Source: Okamejei kenojei
Taxonomy: Eukaryota
DNA: 64,000 nucleotides
Assembly (NCBI GenBank): GCA_035221665.1
Contig: JAVHYY010000086.1
Coordinates: forward strand, 62,001 to 126,000
Reading direction: 5' to 3'
The notes under the pieces are model-generated. The model was not told the DNA's origin. It did no database searches and saw only the letters and a list, made by a program, of their open reading frames with translations. This document shows positions 26,886-39,761 of this stretch, in pieces. Made by a program: the position numbers and the translations under genes. Position 1 is the stretch's first letter. The number at the start of each line of letters is the position of its first letter.

Positions 26886-27926
26886 CTGGGAAGGTAAAAA
26901 AAAATAAACTGATGAATTGTGTGGGATATGTGTCGGTGGATGAGGGTTATTTAAACGTGCGCATATTTGGGACGATCAACGATTAAACGTTTGTTATAAA
27001 GATGTTCAATCGTCAGCAAATTATTAAATACATGATTATCAAAATTAGTGAGATTTCCGTGTCTATGTATCTTCACATATTTATGCCAACCGTTTAATAT
27101 TGATGCTTTGTTATCCCGGCTTGATCGCTGCAGCTACAGTCTCTGTTCTATGTACTTCAAAAACCTATCTTAAAACTGCCTCCCGAGCCGAGGGGGAACC
27201 CGTTTGTTCACACTGACGTTTTTTGTTGAGTAAGTTGTTCATACGATCTTCAAATCGGTCTATGTGAAATTATCCTTGTGAAATGTTAGGTGCTTAACAG
27301 CAAATGCTGTGCCAAATTACTGGACGGGTCGTGTTTTTCTTTCTACAGAGTGCACTACGCACTGCGGAACAGGTAGTCTCACCCACAGCGAGGACGCCGT
27401 GTCGCTTGCCCTTCCAACAGCGCAGGTACTGGGTATCGGTTGTAGCAAAAATCCGTGGAGGCTAAATTTGTACCAGTCTATGAGCGGTCATCCGTCAAAG
27501 AAGCCAACGCGTTTCCTCTCTCCTACAATGTTAATTGGTTCATTTTAGCATAGTTTAGATGTACAGCACCGAAGCGAGTACTCTGGTCTATCGAATCCGC
27601 GCAGACCAGCGATCCAAGCAGACCAACAATATTCGAAACACATTAGCGACTTAAAACAAATATGTACTAAATCAATTAACCTATAAACCTGTCTGTCTTG
27701 GACAGTTGGAGGAAACCGAAGATCTCGGAGAAAAGCCACCCTGGTCACGAGGCGAACCTACAAAGTCTGTAAAGACACGCAACCGTAGTGGGGAGCGAGC
27801 CCTGCGCCATCTACCGCTGTGCCATCGTGCAGCACTTAACCCTGCCGGGTTATTCCGTATGTTCTCTTAATCTTTACTCCTCTGCGCTTTTCAAACAGTC
27901 AATGAGATGTACCGACAATTACCTAC

Positions 27927-27996
27927 CGGGTACACCAATTGCTGCAAGAATCGGGTAATACACAGATTCTATATCCACGATCCCACTATAATACAT
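27927..27996 (-). CDS. GPCR copy 2, exon 1 (MYYSGIVDIESVYYPILAAIGVP)
   Basis: ATG at 27996, 70 nt, donor GTAGGT at 27926-27921, in phase with exon 2. Confidence 0.87.
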
Positions 27997-28859
27997 TTTA
28001 ATGCGACGGTCTAGGCGATCACTCCTGGTGCTGCCATTCAGCGATTGTCAGCGAAACAAACCAACTTCTGACACATTTATAAAGTAAATAAAGAAGAAAA
28101 CAGGCAATTAGATTCCATCCCTGTGGACATTACCAACATACTTTGGAACAAACATGTACTTGTTGTCAATATAATATTCAGAAATCACGATCATGCGGGC
28201 GACCGCTCCATACATTTCCAACAGCAGGCAGTGAAACATGATTTCAAAAAAAATCTAACGCACGCGCAGTAAAGTTGCTTGCGAATGTTCTGAGTAGCGA
28301 TTAATTTCCTTGAACCTTACATCCGATGATGGGACAAGGAAAGCTGTCATTTCTGGTTTCCACATGTGTAACTTGAGTTTCCAGGCGGCGACAGCAGCGC
28401 CAGAGCCTAACGCAATATCAGCACCTGAGCATACCAACTGGGTAACTAGAGGCAGTTTTCTCGGAAAAGTGACTAATGGGGCGAGAGAGCAACAAAAGAG
28501 AGAAGAACCGTAGAGTTTATCAAGCATTAATAAACACGACCATGTAAATTAATTTTCGTGGCAGCGTGGCTTGTCGGCTCCGTCCCAGGGTTAGCAGCCA
28601 GAAGTCAGCAATAATGATAAGGACACGGAGGTTCATAAGGTCATAAGGGTTCGGAGTAAAATAAGTCTATTCTGCCCATTAAGTCTCACCCGCCATTCAA
28701 TCATGAATTATCTATCCCACCCCCCCCCCCTCCTACCCAATTCTCCTGCCTTCTGCACATAACCACTGCCACCTGTACTAATAAATCATCAATCTATCTC
28801 CACGTTTACATATCCACTGCATTAGCCCCCACAGCATTCGTGGCAAAGTATTGCACAGA

Positions 28860-31035
28860 TTGAACAAAGGGGATTATGAATGCATCAGTTGGACAAATGG
28901 GACCATGAAGGCATGAGAGAAGACCTGGCCAAGGTAAACTGGAAAGAGATCCTCGCAGGAATGACGGTGGAACAGCAATGGCTGGCATTTCTGGGCATAT
29001 CCGGAAGACGCAGGATCATTTCATTCCAAAAAGAAGGAACGATTCTAAGGGGAGTAGGAGGCAACCGCGGCTGACAAGAGAAGTTAGGGATAGTATAAAA
29101 ATAAAGATAAGATATATAACACTGCAAATAATAGCCGGAAGCCAGAGGATTGGGAAACTTCCATTGGACAACAGAAGGAAACAAAACGGGCAATACGGGC
29201 CGAAAAGATGAAGAACGAGGGGAAGCTGGACAGGAATAGAAGGAAGGACAGTAAAATGTTAAGGGAAAAAGTGTAGCAAATTCAAATGTGGCTCCCTTGA
29301 AGGCAGACACGTGTAAAATTATTATGCGTAATAATGAAATGGAAGAAGCGTTGAACAGGTACTTTGGATTTGTCTTCCGTATGGACGACACAAACAATCT
29401 CCCAGATGTACTGGAGGGCAGAGGATCTCAGGGGGTAGAGGAACTGAAAGGTATTTCCATTGGGCGATGAATAGTGTTGGGTATGTTAATGGGACTAAAG
29501 GATGATAAATCCCCTGGGCCTGATGGTCTGCATCCCAGGGTCCTCGGGGAGGTGGCTCTAGAAACAGTGAAGGCATTGGTGATCATTTTCGAACGTTCAA
29601 TAGATTCAGGATCAGTTCCTGTGGATTGGAGGATAGCTAATGTTATCCCACTTTTCAAGAAAGGAGGAGAGAGAAAACGGGGATTTACAGACTAGTTAGC
29701 CGGTCTTCGGTGGTGGGAATGATGCTGGAGTCAAGTATTAAAGAGGTAATAATGGATCTTTGGTATAGTAGTAAAAGGATTATTTCAATTCAACATGGGC
29801 TTATGAAAGGGAAATCATGCTTGTCTATTTTTTGACGATGTGACAAATACAATGGATGAAGGGGAGCCAGTTGATGTAGTGTATTTGGACTTTCAGACAG
29901 CCGTTGATAAGGTCCCGCACGGCAGGGAGTAAATTTAGAGCACATGGTAATGGGGTTAGGGTGTTGATATGCATAGAAAATTGGTTGGCAGACAGTAAAC
30001 AAAGTTTAGAAGTGAACGGGTCCTTTTTAGAATGGCACACAGTGGCGAGTGGAATGCAGAAAGGCTCGGTGTTGGGGCGCAACTGTTCGCCATATATATT
30101 AATGATTTTGAAGAGGGAATTATGAGCAACACGGGCAAGGGTGCGGATGACACAAAGTTAGGTGGCAGTGTGAACTATGAACAGGATGTTAGGAGGTTGC
30201 AGGGTGACCTGGACAGGTTGAGTGAGTCGGCAGGTGCGTGGTAGATGCAGTATAATATTGATCAATGTGAGGTTATCCACTTTGGCGGCAAAAGTAAGGG
30301 GGCAGATTATTTGCTCAATGGGGTTAGGTTAGGTTAGGTTAGGTAAGGGGGAGGTGCAGCGAGATCTGATTGTCCTTGTACACCAGTCACTGAAAGTCGG
30401 CGTGCAGGTACAGAGGGCAGTGACGAACGCTAACGGAATATCGGCCTTCATAACAAGAGGATTTCAGTATAGTACTAAAAAGGTTCTTCTGCAGATGTAT
30501 ATGTCTCTGGTGAGACCACATCTGGAGTATTGTGTACAATTTTGGTATCCTAATTTGAGGAAGGACATCCTAGTGATTAAGGGAGTGTAGCGTAGGTCCA
30601 CGAGATAGATTCCTAGCATGGTGGGACTGGCATATGAGGAGAGCTTGAACAGACCGGGCTTGTATTCACTGGAGATTAGAAGGGCGGGGGGCGCTTATAG
30701 AAACATATACAATTATAAAAGGACTGAACAAGCAGGATGCAGGAACAATTTTCCCATTGTTGGGCGAGTGCCGAACCAGGGGACACCGTTTTCGAATAAA
30801 GGGGAGGCCACATAAAACTGAGGTGAGAGTTGTGAAATTGTGGATTCTCTGCCACAGATGGCAGTGGAGGTCAAATCACTCGAAGGATTTAAGAGAGAGC
30901 TCTTGGGAGTGGAATCAGGGGATAGGGGGATAAGGCAGACACGGGTTATTGATTGGGGACGATCAGCCATGATCACAATGAATGGCGGTGCTGGCTCGAA
31001 GGGCCGAACGGCCTCCTTCTGCGCCTATTGGTATG
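28860..31035 (+). mobile_element. Decayed CR1 family A at the position equivalent to 14690-21595, without DIRS
   Basis: Same position relative to GPCR exon 1 and the same junction sequence after the tail; KSPGPDGLHPRVL motif. Confidence 0.85.
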
Positions 31036-31159
31036 TTTCTATATTTCTATGATTCTATTCGCCACCCTCTGACCAAATACATTTCCCATCGTCTCCATCC
31101 GCAAAGAACGTCCTTTAATTCTGAATTAATTACCTCTATTCCGATACTTTCTCTTTTTT

Positions 31160-31485
31160 GAGAGAGAAGGGGAGAGAAGGGGAGAGAGAGAAGGGAGAGA
31201 GAGGGGAAGGGAGAAGAGGGGGAGAGAGAGAAAGGGGAGAGAGCGAAGGGGAGAGAGAGACGGCGGAGATAGCGAAAGGAGGGAGAGAGAAGGGAGAGAG
31301 AGGGGAGAGGAGGGGAAGAGACAGGAGAAGAGAGAGAAGAGTGGAGAGAGAGGAGGAGGGAGAGATACGAGGGGAGAGAGAGGAGGAAAGATAAGAGGGT
31401 GGAGAGAGAAGGAGAGAGAAGGCAGAGAAAGAGGGGTGAGAGAGGGGAGAGAGAGAAGAAGGGGGAGAGAAGGTGAGACGGGAGC
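31160..31485 (+). repeat. Polypurine (GA-rich) low-complexity tract
   Basis: About 325 nt of almost pure G/A. Confidence 0.95.
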
Positions 31486-32179
31486 GTGGGGTTTATTTTC
31501 CCATACAAGCCATAGGTGACTGGGCAATCTGAACCCAAGCACCAAGTTGAAAGCGGCCGAAAATGTGCATCCCTCGGGACAGCCCCCACTCCCTCAGGCA
31601 GTGTGGTAGCATCCGTGAAACCGATCGACATTGGACCTTTCGTTGGAGACTATTCATCGCGTTAGTTACTTAGTCAGTTATTTAATTAGGCCAGTTTATT
31701 GTTACGTGTACCGAGGTACAATGATAAGCTCACACTGCGTGCTATCCAGTCGGAAGAAAGACATTACATGAGTAAATCGAAACATTTACAGTGTATAGAT
31801 GCATGATAAGGGAATAAAGTTTAGTGCACCAAAAGCCAGCACCGTCCGTGCAAGGATAGCCAGAGGATCACTAAAGAAGTACATAGTTCAGCACTGCCCT
31901 CTGGTTGTTGTAGGACGATTAATTTGAACCGAAATATTACCCATTCCTTCTCTCCAGAGATGCTGCATGGCATCCGACATTTTGTGTCTACCTTCGGTGT
32001 AAACCAGCTGTAGCATTTCTTTCCTGCGGAGTAGAACGGTACTCAGGACGAGACCGTTGGAAGTGAGTAACCCACAACGGTAGAATGTAACGTTTACTTT
32101 TGCAATGGTGCTGTCCAGTCGGCGGGTCTCATTCCTACCATGACGCGTTGCAGTGAGCAAGCGCAATATACTCACGTTA

Positions 32180-32741
32180 TTTCATTTGACAAACTCCGGT
32201 CGCAATACGGGCCGAAAAGATAAAGAATGAGGGGAAGCTGGACAAGAATTGAAGGAAGGACAGTAAAATGTTAAGGGAAAAAGTGTAGCAAAGTCAAATG
32301 TGGGTACCTTGAAGGCAGACACGTGTGAAATTATTATGCGTAACAATGAAATGGAAGAAGCGTAGAACAGGTACTTTGGATTTGTCTTCAGTATGGACCA
32401 CACAAACAATCTCCCAGATGTACTGGAGGGCAGAGGATCTCAGGGGGTAGTGGAACTGAAAGGCATTTCCATTGGGCGATAAATAGTATTGGGTATGTTA
32501 ATGGCACTAAAGGATGATAAATCCCCTGGGCTGATGGTCTGCTTCCCAGGGTCCTCGGGGAGGTGGCTCTAGAAACAGTGAAGGCATTGGTGATCATTTT
32601 CGAACGTTCAATAGATTCAGGATCAGTTCCTGTGGATTGGATGATAGCTAATGTTATCCCACTTTTCAAGAATGGAGGAGAGAGAAAACGGGGATTTACA
32701 GACTAGTTAGCCGGACTTTCATTTGACAAACTCCGGTCGCA
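32180..32741 (+). repeat. 512-bp copy of 29190-29703 flanked by a perfect 25-bp direct repeat
   Basis: TTTCATTTGACAAACTCCGGTCGCA at 32180-32204 and 32717-32741. Confidence 0.9.
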
Positions 32742-33342
32742 GCAGAACAGCGCTGAGCACGTTCACACAGTCCGTACTACGCTTAGTTTCGGCATTTGTG
32801 GCTGTACCATCGAGATCACATTTGACCTTCTAGGTCTGAATGCGTTGTCAGACCTGTGCCCCTGAAGGGCTGGTTCCGGCGGGTGGCTGCTCGTATTTGG
32901 AACATTCATCGGGGACCAGGGGTGAAGCTCTATAATTCAGGCTCCGACTGTGGGTTTCCAGGCCTGAAGACTCGGAAATATCATGCGGATCTTCATCGCA
33001 CCGTTCTTCGTCGTTACATCGCTGCTCGGTTAATATTTCCGTCCCCAAAATGTTGTATTTGTATCTCGTTGCTACGTAAATTACATTGGAGAAAGGGTGA
33101 TTAGGTTGATTGAAGAAATTATGTTAATTGATATGGACACAAATGACCTACTGGAGAAAAGGAATGTGTGACGTTTCGAAACACATAAGAAGGATCTCGA
33201 TCCGAAACGCCACCCATTCCTTCTCTCCAGAGATGCTGCCTGTCCCGCTAAGTTAATCCAGTTGTTGTGTCTATCTTCGGTTTAAATCAGCATCTATGTG
33301 TTCCTCTCTATACATGTTAACTGACATATGGTTTACTGTTAG

Positions 33343-33645
33343 ACTGGAGCATCCAGGACTCGGTGGCACAGTCGGTCTCTGAAATGACATTGGAATAAAG
33401 ATGACATCGCATAGAATGCTCCTTGAGACGGCAGGGACAATCCTGAATGCTTATTATTCGTACAGATAGCGACGTGGGCAGCCGCATGCGATTGTGTTTC
33501 GGATTACGGCAAGGATACCAAAGAGAAATGGTGATCTCACTGACCGATTCTCTTCTATGTACATTAAGACAGCAAAGACCACCCAGTTAATGATCCGCGC
33601 GTCCGAGATTACCGACGCCGCCACGTATCTTTCTGCAATGGACTC
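33343..33645 (+). pseudogene. Decayed TCR alpha/delta-type V exon (V-A)
   Basis: After acceptor tgttag it reads QDSVAQSVSEMTLE, then IECS, YRxRRGQP and DRFSSMYIKTAKTTQLMIRASEITDAATYLSAMD (V-set D-x-A-x-Y-x-C motif with Cys lost). Several stops and frameshifts. Confidence 0.7.
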
Positions 33646-33684
33646 CACCTTGCTGAAGAAACACGGCGGACCTGCAAAAAAAAC
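33646..33684 (+). promoter_or_regulatory. Degenerate 23-RSS of V-A
   Basis: CACCTTG + 23 nt + AAAAAAAAC immediately after the V end. Confidence 0.55.
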
Positions 33685-34039
33685 CACCGCAAGCAATTGT
33701 GCACGGTGCCGCCAGATGGCGTACTCACTACTATTAGGGAAATACGTAAACAATGAAATAGCAACAAAGCAATTCGTTCTCCGGGGTTCAAATTGTAAGT
33801 TTATCGATACAATCTCTGACTGCGAACAATTTCTACTTCGAACTGCTGGCCGATCTAAGTTACCTTCATCAAATATCCTCAGTCCTAAACAGACGACTAT
33901 CTTTTAACTGAACTCCATCGGAAGACTGTCGTGAAAGGGAGGGGAGAAAGAATATCAAAGTATTTTATTGTGTTTTCCAGCCATCGGATTAAACAAGGAC
34001 ACCCCAGCACGACGATACACGACAGTCATGGGAAATAGC

Positions 34040-34850
34040 CGGTCCATATGGTGCCAGGACAATAACCTGGCCCTCAACACCAGCAAAACCAAGGAACTGA
34101 TTGTGGACTTTGGAAGGCGAAGGATGGGGACCCACAGCCCTGTTTATATCAACGGTCGATGGTTGAAATGGTCAAGAGCTTCAAATTCCTGGGCGCGCAA
34201 ATCTTTGAAGATCTTTCCTGGTCCGACAAGACACATGCAATTATTAAGAAAGCTCATCAGCGCCTCTACTTCCTGAGAAGATTACAGAGAGTCGATCTGT
34301 CAACGAGGACTCTCTCCCACTTCTACAGGTGCACAGTAGAGAGCTTGCTGACCGGTTGCGTCGTGGTTTGGTTCGTTAACTTGAGCGCCCTGGAGAGGAA
34401 AAGACTACAAAAAGTATTAAACACAGCCCAGTCCATCATCGGCTCTGACCTCCCTTCCATCGAGGGGATCGTTCGCAGTCGCTGCCTCAAAAAGGCTGGC
34501 AGCATCATGAAGGACCCACACCACCCTGGCCATACACGCATCTCCCTGCTACCTTCAGGTAGAAGGTACAGGAGCCTGAGGACTGCAACGACCAGGTTCA
34601 GGAATAGCTACTTCCCCACAGCCATCAGGCTATTAAACTTGGCTCGGCCAAAACGCTGAACATTAATACCCCTTTATCTGTTGTTTGCAATGTATCAATT
34701 TATTTATTCATGTGTATATTTACGTATATAATGCTATATGGACACACTGATCTGTTTTGTAGTCAATGCCTACTACGATATGGTGTGCTAAGCAAATAAA
34801 TAATTTCATTGTCCTGTCAGGGCCACAAGACAATAAACTCTCTTAACTTT
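34040..34850 (+). mobile_element. Rex1/Babar-type LINE 3' part
   Basis: WCQDNNLALNTSKTKELIVDF and KKAHQRLYFLRRL..FYRCTVESLLT..SYFPTAIRLLN. Confidence 0.85.
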
Positions 34851-37800
34851 TGAATTTGACTTTGGCTTTATCACCACGTAGTTTTCGAACTCTGCCTGAA
34901 TCTGGCGCCCTCGTCTGGTCTTTGGTTAATGGCAATGAAGAGGTGTCTCAAGAACTTAAAGAACTGCTGATGGTCGTAGTGGCGCACCGTATCGTCGCCC
35001 TGCTGCACCACAGGGACAACATGTGTATACAGGTAAAGGTAGAAACATAGAAACATATTAAAACAGGTGCAGGACTAGGCCATTCGGTCCAGCACCGCCA
35101 TTCAACATGATCATGTCACATGCTGAGAGAATGGAGTGGCTGGGCTTGTATACTCTGGAGTTCAGAATGATAAGAGGGGATCATTTTTGAAACATATAAG
35201 ATTATTAAGGGTTTGGACGCTCTCGAACTTTAAACATGTCCATATGTTGGGGGAATCCAGAACCAGGGGCCACAGTTTAAGAATAAGGGGTAAGCTGTTT
35301 AGGACGGAGACGAGGAAATACTTTTTCCTACACAGAGTTGTGAGTCTGTGGAATTCTCTGCCTCAGAGGGCGATGGAGACTGCTCTCTGGATAGCGGAGT
35401 CAGGGGATATGAGGAGAAGGCATGAACGGGGTACTGATTGGGGATGATCAGCGATGGTCATATTCAATGGCGGTGCTGGCTCGAAGGGTCGAATGGCCTA
35501 CTGCACCCATTGTCTGTTATCTGTTTGTCTATAATTGTATATGCTTCTATTAGATCCGCTCTGATCCTTCTAAATTCCATCGAATAGAAGCCCAGTCGAC
35601 TTGTTCTTTCATGATACGTCAGTCCCGCCATCTCGGGAATTAAGCTAGTGAACCTGCGCTGCACTCCCTCACTAGCAATAATGTCATTCCTCAAATTAGG
35701 AGACCAGAATTGCGCAGAATATTCCTAGTACAGTCTGAAAGACTTGGGATACAACGCAGTCAGTGTGTGCGGGCATCTTTTAACGATTCTGCGCAAACGG
35801 GACTACGGTCACGTGTGTTGTTCACTAATCGCTCCCGTTCGGGCTCCTTCTTTCATTAAATGCAGCTGATGGTCTTGAGAAGCAATACTTTATATTTTTC
35901 TATTTGATGGGGCGTCCATGAAAAGCTATTGTTTTAACATAACATTATTATTTCTACTGCGTGCACTCATTAAATAAGAAGACCATAAGTGATAGCAGTA
36001 TTAGGCCATTCGGCCCATTAAATCTACTCCGCTATTCAATACAATACAATAAAATTATACTTTATTACCGAAGTATGTTTTCCAACGTACGAGGAATTTC
36101 ATTTACCAAGTTAGTCATACAAATAATATATAATGCAACAGAACACACGAAATACATTTTAACATCAACATCCATCACAGTGACTCCTTCACATTCCTCA
36201 CTGCAATGAAGGTAAAACCAAACGTTAAATCTCTTTCTTTCTTTGTCCTGCAGCGGTCGGGGGTCTCAAACCTTCAGTTGACGGGAAGATTTTACTACCG
36301 CAGCTGGCGGTGGGTCTTCCTCGTCAGGCCGATCAGCTCCTACGTCGGTGGGGAATTTCAGTTACCACGCGCCGGCGATCTGACTTCGGGTCTAGGCTTG
36401 TCGAACGTCGTGCGACTTCCGGTGCTTCCCGACACGGTCTCTCCAGAGACTGCGAGCCCTTGAGGTTAAAGTCTGCAGGCCGTGGTTGGAGCGTCGATCC
36501 AAGGCAATTCCTCTAAACTCCAGCGAGTACAGGCTCGTGCCGTTAAGCGCTGATTATATGCTCACCCATTCCTCCCCTCCCTCTTCAGGGCCAGCACAGC
36601 CTTCATCAGATGTGTTGCCCAAACCTTCTCACAATACCTCACTCGCATTTTACAGGCCATTTCTCGATTTGCAGCTCTACCCACGTTACATAGCACAACC
36701 GCTTTAATATTACGTGTCGAAAAGAACTGCAAATGCTGGTCGAAAAAATCTGCTGGAATAACTCGGCGGGCCAGGCAGCATCTCTGGGGAGAAGTAATGG
36801 GTGACGTTTCGGTTCGAGACCCTTCTTCGGACTCTAGATTCTTCTAATATGAATAACGTTTTACGAATCAGTTTGCCCAAAACGCCGGTAATCGGAGTAT
36901 TCTTGGACTTTCGGCACGTCTGGCTGGTTCCGCATTTCTATTTGATCACGGCCGATTGCTCCAATTCAATCCCCCATCCCCCTTCATCCACATATCACTG
37001 GATCCCCCCGAGCCCCAGGAACAGATTATACAACCGTTTCAACATAGTAAATGGTGCGCTCTTCAGTTTGTATCCATATTCGCACAAATTCATCAGCTAC
37101 ATTGGCCTTGGCTATGAGAATAACACTATAAAATTATTGTTGGGAAACTGAGAAAAGTGCAGATGCTGGATTACATTAAAAATGCACAGAATGCTGGAGT
37201 AACAGAACGGGTCAGGCAGAATATCTGGAGAAATGGATGTGGTTTCAGTTCGCGGCCATTCTTCAGACTGATTGTGGTGAGGGAAGAGAGGATAACAGTC
37301 GAAAGAGAGGAGCGTTAGCTCAAAGCCTGGCCATATTTAAGGGGACACAGGAGAGAAGGGGAGTTGATAGTCAACGAGTTGGATAAAGCCCAGAGATGAA
37401 AAGACAAAAGCCCTGACACAAAAAGGAGTATACAGCCGGCAATTGCGAAGCACCTTCCACCCTTCTCCCCCCCAGTCCCAACCCGACCAGCACCACAATC
37501 AGTCTGAAGAATGGTCCTTAACCGAAATTTCATCCATCCATGAGATGCTACCTGGTTCGCTGTGTTTCGCCAGCACGATGGAGGGAGGAAAACGTACGTC
37601 TCTTTATGAGAGGCTGCTAGAAATATCCTCGGACATACGCACCAGTTGATGAGAGAACAGTTGTAGACATTATATGTCCAGCAGTGCATGTTATAAAGTG
37701 CCGCGTGGTTGGCTGCTCTGGAACGGTAGCACGAGATCCAGGTGGTTCTTGCTAAATGGGTAGAAAATCAGCATTATGGGAGAAAGCACAGTGCGGAAGA

Positions 37801-39413
37801 TATTTTTTTCGGACTGGATGCCTGCGACTAGTTGTGTGCCTCAAGGATCAGTTCTGGTCCCATTGCTGTTTGTCATTTATACCGAAGATTTGGATGAGAA
37901 TGTAGAAAGCATCATTAGAACGTTTGAAGATGACCCCACGGTGGGTGGAGTCGTAGAGAGCGAAGATGATTATCAAAAGCCACCTGAGGATCTTGATCAG
38001 TTCAACAAGTGGGCACAGCAATGTATGTTGAATTTTAATGAATATAAGTGAGAGGTTTTGGTTTTCGGGAAGACAAACAGGGCAGGGCCTTTCCGGCGAA
38101 TAACAGTGCCGTGGGGAGCACTGCAGGGCCACGGACTCCAACTTCCCGTCACGCCAACTATCTGCTCCCTGAAAGAAAGATGGAAATGCTGTTTTCTTTC
38201 ATATTTTGTGCATGTTTATTCCGTAGGTACCTTGAAGACAAAAGTGAGGTGAACGTCTGTGATATGTCTGTAATATTCGCAATGTTCGTGAAATTTCCGA
38301 GGAGTAGTGCTCACAATCGGCCTGGCGACTAGGGCTCGTAACATCGATGGACTCCTGGAGTGCAGTCTGTTTTGAGTTGTGTGTACTTGCTGAGCACTTC
38401 AAAATGAAAAATGAGTTAGGGCAGGATATTTAACATGAGCGACATTGTGTTTTTATTCGTAACAGTAAATTCAATCTGCTGTCTGCCATGGTCGTCTCCC
38501 TAGACCTTGCTGTTTTCAATCACAATCACAGCCAATGGGTGCTGTGAACGAAAGGACCCATTGTGGAAAAAAATCTATTGTTGCAACAACACGATGCAGC
38601 GCTTAAAGTCCTTGGTTTGGCCACATTTGTTGCGTTTCCGACAGTTCCCATCGTCTTATTGATGGAAAAGCGTGCAGGTTTTGGTTAGGATGCAGGCTAG
38701 GATTACTAGAATACTCGGTGGAAGGAACTGAAGATGCTGGTTTAAACCGAAGTTTGAGTATCTCTAGCTTGATACCCAGACCACTACTTGGATTAAAGGG
38801 TGCTAACTTTCAGGATAGTTGGGGCACAGTTGGTTTATTTTCCATGGATTGTCAGGGGCTCCGATCTGATTAAAGCATATGAATTTATGAGAGATATGGA
38901 AAGTGTAGGCATTCATAACGGTTGTTTCTATCACAAGGTAGAATTATAAAAGACTAGATGTCCTACCATTCAGGTGAAGCGGGCAAAACGCAAACGATAA
39001 GTACGGGTTATTTACGGAGAAAGCGGTAAATACATGGAACATGCTGCCGGGGATGGTGATAGAGGCGATACGACAATGGCTTTTAAGAGGCTTTGTGATA
39101 AACACACGGACATGCACGGAACGGAGAGATATGAGTGATTTACAGGAGCTACGATTAGTTGAGCTTTGCATCATGTTCGGCACAGACATTGTTGGCTGTA
39201 CGGCTTGTACCGAATATGTCCGTATTTCTGTTCTATGTTATCCTTCGCAGCTGATGTTTTCTGAAACAGGGAGCAATATTATGTAAAAGTGTGTTTTGTC
39301 CGCATGTCAAAACGTTCCTTTTGTTCGGCGGTCAATCTAAAAGGTTAAGCATGTTTCCCTTCCATCGTCTAACGGCCAACTAGTTTTCTTTTGACACGGA
39401 ATCTATTTCACAG

Positions 39414-39722
39414 GACAGGGCGCTGGGGAATCGGTGACTCAGAGCCAGCCTTTACTGAGACCGAGAAACGTGACTTGGTGAAACTAACCAGTACCTACAA
39501 TACTGCAGCATCCATCTATCATTTATATATGTATCGACAAATTGCCGAGGGAAATCTTGAGTTTATTGTGCTCATACGATCTTGGGACCAACGGGAAACA
39601 CTGGGAGACATATTAGAGAAACGGTTATCCACGGATCTCCAGAAAGCGACTTCAATTGTCAATTTAACTATTTGGGGTCTCCAGCTGACAGACTCTGCAG
39701 TGTATTACTGCGCCCTAAGTTC
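39414..39722 (+). pseudogene. TCR alpha/delta V pseudogene (V-B)
   Basis: Acceptor tttcacag, then GESVTQSQP, a frameshift, and LVKLTSTYNT..YHLYMYRQ..NLEFIVLI..VNLTIWGLQLTDSAVYYCALS. First Cys is Ser and the conserved Trp is Met. Confidence 0.88.
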
Positions 39723-39761
39723 GACAGTAATTGGAAGCAGTCTCTGCGCAGTGCAATAACC
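39723..39761 (+). promoter_or_regulatory. Degenerate 23-RSS of V-B
   Basis: GACAGTA + exactly 23 nt + GCAATAACC. The critical first C of the heptamer is mutated. Confidence 0.75.

Noticed and set aside
31047-31631. Long S/L/P-rich and R/E/G-rich ORFs
   Set aside because: Translation artefacts of the GA-rich tract.
32890-32945. J-like peptide RGPGVKL
   Set aside because: No upstream heptamer/nonamer and no splice donor.
33050-33097. Possible leader for V-A (MLYLYLVAT*ITLEK)
   Set aside because: Contains a stop and the donor phase does not fit; too weak to call.
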